A stretch of DNA of 47,719 nucleotides, taken from the NCBI GenBank assembly GCA_024275655.1, contig JAJRYR010000063.1, positions 1 to 47,719 of the forward strand, written 5' to 3'. The stretch comes from an archaeon. Its GTDB lineage: Archaea > B1Sed10-29 > WALL01 > WAMD01. The notes under the pieces were generated by a model. It was not told where the DNA came from and searched no databases. It was given only the letters and a program-made list of their open reading frames with translations. Shown here in pieces: positions 44,576-47,719 of this stretch (the first letter of the stretch is position 1; every line of letters begins with the position of its first letter). The position numbers were made by a program, and so were the translations under genes.

Positions 44576-45670
44576 ATGGACATAGAAGCAAAGATACGTG
44601 AGCTGGAGGAGGAGCTCAGGAGGACCCCTTACAATAAAGCTACTCAGCACCATATCGGACTTTTGAAAGCCAAAATTGCAAAACTGAAAGAACAGTTGGA
44701 GAAGCGAGAAGCCAAAAAAGGGACTAGTGGGAAAGCATTTGCGGTGAAAAAGCACGGGGATGCTACGGTTGTGATGTTGGGCCCACCTTCCGTTGGAAAA
44801 AGCACTCTTTTGAATGCATTAACTAATGCTGAGTCAGAAGTGGGGGAGTATGCCTTTACTACCCTCCAGGTAATCCCAGGAATGCTGGAGTACAAGGGTG
44901 CAAGGATTCAACTGGTGGATATTCCTGGTATAATAGGTGGTGCTCACGCGGGGAGAGGTAGAGGGCGAGAGGTCTTGAGCGTTGCCAGGATAGCGGACTT
45001 GCTTTTATTGATGGGGGAAACCCCTGAGCAGATAGAAGAGATAGAAAAGGAACTGTACAACGCAGGGATAAGGATAAACACAAACCCCCCAGATGTTGTT
45101 ATTAAAAAGAAGGATAGAGGAGGGATAGATGTAGTATTCGCCGTGAAACAAAGCGAACTTGATGAAAGGTTAGTAAAGGACATGCTCAGAGAATACGGAT
45201 ACCACAATGCAGAGATTTTGATAAGAGAGTACATAAGCATTGATCAGTTAATAGATGTGTTGAGATCCAACAGCAGGCGGTATATAAGGGCGATAAGAGT
45301 TATAACGAAATCTGATAAGCTAAACGAGAGTGACAGAAAGAGGATAAGAGAGAAAATGCCAGATGTCATCTTTATCTCTGCAGAAAAGGGCGAGGGGCTT
45401 GAGGAGCTAAAAGAGAAAATTTACCAAGAACTTGGATTGATCAGGGTGTATACCAAGAAAGTAGGTGAGGAGCCAAAGTACGATGAGCCATTAATACTCA
45501 AAAAAGGAGCAAAGGTGATGGATGCTTGCAAAAAAATACACAAGGATTTCGTGAAGAACTTCCAGTTTGCCAGGATTTGGGGGAAGAGCGTGAAATTCCC
45601 GGGCCAGAGAGTAGGATTAGAGCATGAATTAAAAGATGGGGATGTGTTAGAATTGCACATTAGGAGATGA
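44576..45670 (+). CDS. DRG/Rbg family GTPase with a TGS domain
   Basis: YNKATQHHIGLLKAK, GPPSVGKS, YAFTT, DIPG, TKSD, WGKSVKFPGQRVG. Confidence 0.95.
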   Translation: MDIEAKIRELEEELRRTPYNKATQHHIGLLKAKIAKLKEQLEKREAKKGTSGKAFAVKKHGDATVVMLGPPSVGKSTLLNALTNAESEVGEYAFTTLQVIPGMLEYKGARIQLVDIPGIIGGAHAGRGRGREVLSVARIADLLLLMGETPEQIEEIEKELYNAGIRINTNPPDVVIKKKDRGGIDVVFAVKQSELDERLVKDMLREYGYHNAEILIREYISIDQLIDVLRSNSRRYIRAIRVITKSDKLNESDRKRIREKMPDVIFISAEKGEGLEELKEKIYQELGLIRVYTKKVGEEPKYDEPLILKKGAKVMDACKKIHKDFVKNFQFARIWGKSVKFPGQRVGLEHELKDGDVLELHIRR

Positions 45671-46350
45671 TGGAGGAAGTTAGTATGGATGATGAGTTGC
45701 TCTCGCTGATGGAAGAAACTCCTGAAAATGTGGAGGATCTTTACTCTGTCCAGGAAGCAGTAAACCAATTGAAGCAGGTATACGAGGAGATATCTACTGC
45801 GGTGGAAAAAGAAAAAGAAGAAAAGTTAAGAAAGATGGAGAAAATGGTTGTGGCTCCGATCATTGCCTTATTTAATGCTGGGTATTCTGAGATAACAGTT
45901 AGGAAATTGTTGAGAGGAATAGGATTCAAGAGGAATGAGATTGACAGATTCATTCACGCGTCCTGGAGGGAAATGGAAAACAGAAGAAGACTGGGAAAGA
46001 TAGTGAAACTGGTTGAGGTGTTGGTGATAGCTGGGGTGGTTGCAGGTCTAATATTCTTCGGTTTAAATCTATTCCAGGAAACAAAAGCAATATCCTGTCA
46101 AAGTTTTGGGTGTAGCCAAGAAATGCTGACCTGCCAGGAGGGAAAGTACTATTTCCAAACAGCAGACACTGTCCAAGAGATAACTATAAAGAAAGAGCAG
46201 AACTACTGCTTGATCAGGGTTGAGATCACCAAATCAAGGAATGAAGAACTAATTGGTAGATTTGTAAACTGCAAACTCCCGATAATAGATGGAACAGTGG
46301 ATCTATCTAAAACAGAAGGATGTTCTGGGAGCTTACCTGGCCCCATCTGA
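45667..46350 (+). CDS. hypothetical bitopic membrane protein with a Cys-rich extracellular domain
   Basis: Cytoplasmic helices, one TM, six Cys in the C-terminal part. Confidence 0.72.
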   Translation: MMEEVSMDDELLSLMEETPENVEDLYSVQEAVNQLKQVYEEISTAVEKEKEEKLRKMEKMVVAPIIALFNAGYSEITVRKLLRGIGFKRNEIDRFIHASWREMENRRRLGKIVKLVEVLVIAGVVAGLIFFGLNLFQETKAISCQSFGCSQEMLTCQEGKYYFQTADTVQEITIKKEQNYCLIRVEITKSRNEELIGRFVNCKLPIIDGTVDLSKTEGCSGSLPGPI

Positions 46351-47076
46351 TTTCTGTTTTTTCCTAGTTTTCAATACGTAAACTAGGACACCCACAATCG
46401 CCAGAATGATGAGGTAAGGGAACCAGGCAGATTCTCCATACTTCAGATCTAGTTGTTTCTGCAAATGGTGTCGCTCCCCGTCATATACATACTCTATTTC
46501 AAGGATTGCCTTTGCATTTTTTGCGTTTTCGCCCACTTCGACTATAATCCTTTCCTCGATTTCCTCCCCAGGATTTAATATGTCTGCCAGTTTACGCTCT
46601 GGCTCGTAAACATACCCTTTTCCAGGTAGAATATCTAGTCTGCGGGTAACGTTCAACGCACTGAATAACCCAGGACATTTAATTTTGTAGTACAAATACA
46701 ACGTGCTGTTTCTCTTAACTTCTCCATCAACTCTAAACTCCTCTACAACCAACACTGGTTCCTCCACAGAGACGATTAGCTTGCCACCTGGGTACTCCAA
46801 TGTATAGTTGCCTGGCTTGTCCGGGGCAGTAAACTCTAAGACCTTTGTAAAATTCTCCCCTTCACCTGCCTCTACCTGGAACCTCTTGATCTGATTCACA
46901 AACTTCAATTGAGCCTCATAGTTTACAGGACCAGCATCTCTGTAAACCACTTGGAAAGTCTCTTCAGGGAATATGTGTTTCTGATTTATCTCTATGGAAA
47001 CGCAAGCTCCAAGGCTGACTACCAAAATGAACATCAGAGATGCAAAAACAAACCTACTGCCCAAAGAATTCTTCAT
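46333..47076 (-). CDS. surface protein: signal peptide, Ig-like domains, C-terminal TM anchor
   Basis: N-terminal hydrophobic signal, FTAPDKPGNYTL, ILNPGE, TM followed by KTRKK. Confidence 0.75.
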   Translation of the reverse strand: MKNSLGSRFVFASLMFILVVSLGACVSIEINQKHIFPEETFQVVYRDAGPVNYEAQLKFVNQIKRFQVEAGEGENFTKVLEFTAPDKPGNYTLEYPGGKLIVSVEEPVLVVEEFRVDGEVKRNSTLYLYYKIKCPGLFSALNVTRRLDILPGKGYVYEPERKLADILNPGEEIEERIIVEVGENAKNAKAILEIEYVYDGERHHLQKQLDLKYGESAWFPYLIILAIVGVLVYVLKTRKKQKSDGAR

Positions 47077-47719
47077 ATCCTGTGTCCCCCTCTAGGTTCA
47101 TGTAGTCCTCATACTCATCAGGATAGTACTCCTGAGATTCTTCTTTCGGCTTCTTCGGTCTCGTGAATATGTATATCAAAACCATCAAAGCCAGCAACCC
47201 GCCAACTAGATACACCCAATTCTTCTGCACAAACTCTATGTAACCCGGTATCTCTGGCTCTGGTTGCTCCTCTGGACAGGAAAGCTCACTCAACTCTGTT
47301 ATCAACGGGCCCGCCTTCTCTGCCCAGCCTATCGCATCTTGGAATGCCTGCCTAGCTCCTTGGTAATCAGATTGATTCAAGAGTATGCTCCCTTCGTTAT
47401 ACATTGCTATGGACTTGTTGTAGTATTCCCCCGCCTCCTCATACTTCTTTCTTTTAGAACTTGGGAGTTCGTCTATACAATAGCCTATGCTGGACTGCAA
47501 CTCCTCAAAACCTGTTTTTACCAGGGACACCTTTGTGTATGCCTCTATCTTTAAACTCCTAACATCAACGTATGCTACTCTATCTAGAGCATTTTGATAC
47601 TTCTCTCTGGCTTTGGATTCTATGTTCGTGTTGGACATAACAGTATTCAACCAGTTAAGCCAAGTGCTCGCCTGATTATCATACTGTCCTAGGGTCGATG
47701 GCACACCGTTTATTGCAGA
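47054..47719 (-). CDS. membrane-anchored helical protein, 5'-truncated by the window edge
   Basis: Frame is open to position 47719; TPR-like helices, TM helix, acidic/Tyr-rich tail. Confidence 0.7.
   Translation of the reverse strand, partial: SAINGVPSTLGQYDNQASTWLNWLNTVMSNTNIESKAREKYQNALDRVAYVDVRSLKIEAYTKVSLVKTGFEELQSSIGYCIDELPSSKRKKYEEAGEYYNKSIAMYNEGSILLNQSDYQGARQAFQDAIGWAEKAGPLITELSELSCPEEQPEPEIPGYIEFVQKNWVYLVGGLLALMVLIYIFTRPKKPKEESQEYYPDEYEDYMNLEGDTGYEEFFGQ

Overview
This is a gene-dense archaeal chromosomal window. Its GC-rich structural RNAs and K/E-rich proteins suggest a thermophile. The thermosome, TFB and 16S signatures and the orphan membrane proteins suggest a DPANN-type archaeon, possibly Micrarchaeota/Iainarchaeota-like; this placement is inference and was not tested. 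Housekeeping content: thermosome, Sua5, Gar1, TFB, Tmk, IleRS, ProRS, Nth, DRG GTPase, the upper mevalonate cluster, a 16S-tRNA(Ala)-23S operon without 5S, RNase P RNA, tRNA-Thr and tRNA-Leu. The most unusual signals are: (1) rRNA with a compensatory CC/GG to GG/CC swap in the 16S central pseudoknot and three substitutions in the 23S peptidyl-transferase loop (A2448G, C2499A, A2503C, E. coli numbering by eye); (2) a TFB fused to a ~215-aa histone-H1-like basic plus acidic N-terminal extension; (3) a T-loop (59/60) intron in the rRNA-spacer tRNA-Ala; (4) a type-M-like RNase P RNA with a branched P3 and an extra P5.1-like hairpin; (5) a two-subunit group-4 [NiFe] hydrogenase without membrane subunits, in an operon with purine-salvage genes; (6) a dispersed set of highly basic orphan proteins with degenerate toxin/effector-type folds (two kinase-like, GNAT, nucleotidyltransferase, PD-(D/E)XK, histidine kinase, FHA-like, multi-HTH) and Lys/Arg-rich termini, a candidate host-manipulation repertoire. 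No CRISPR array, integrase or transposase was seen. All protein calls come from motif recognition by eye, not database searches.
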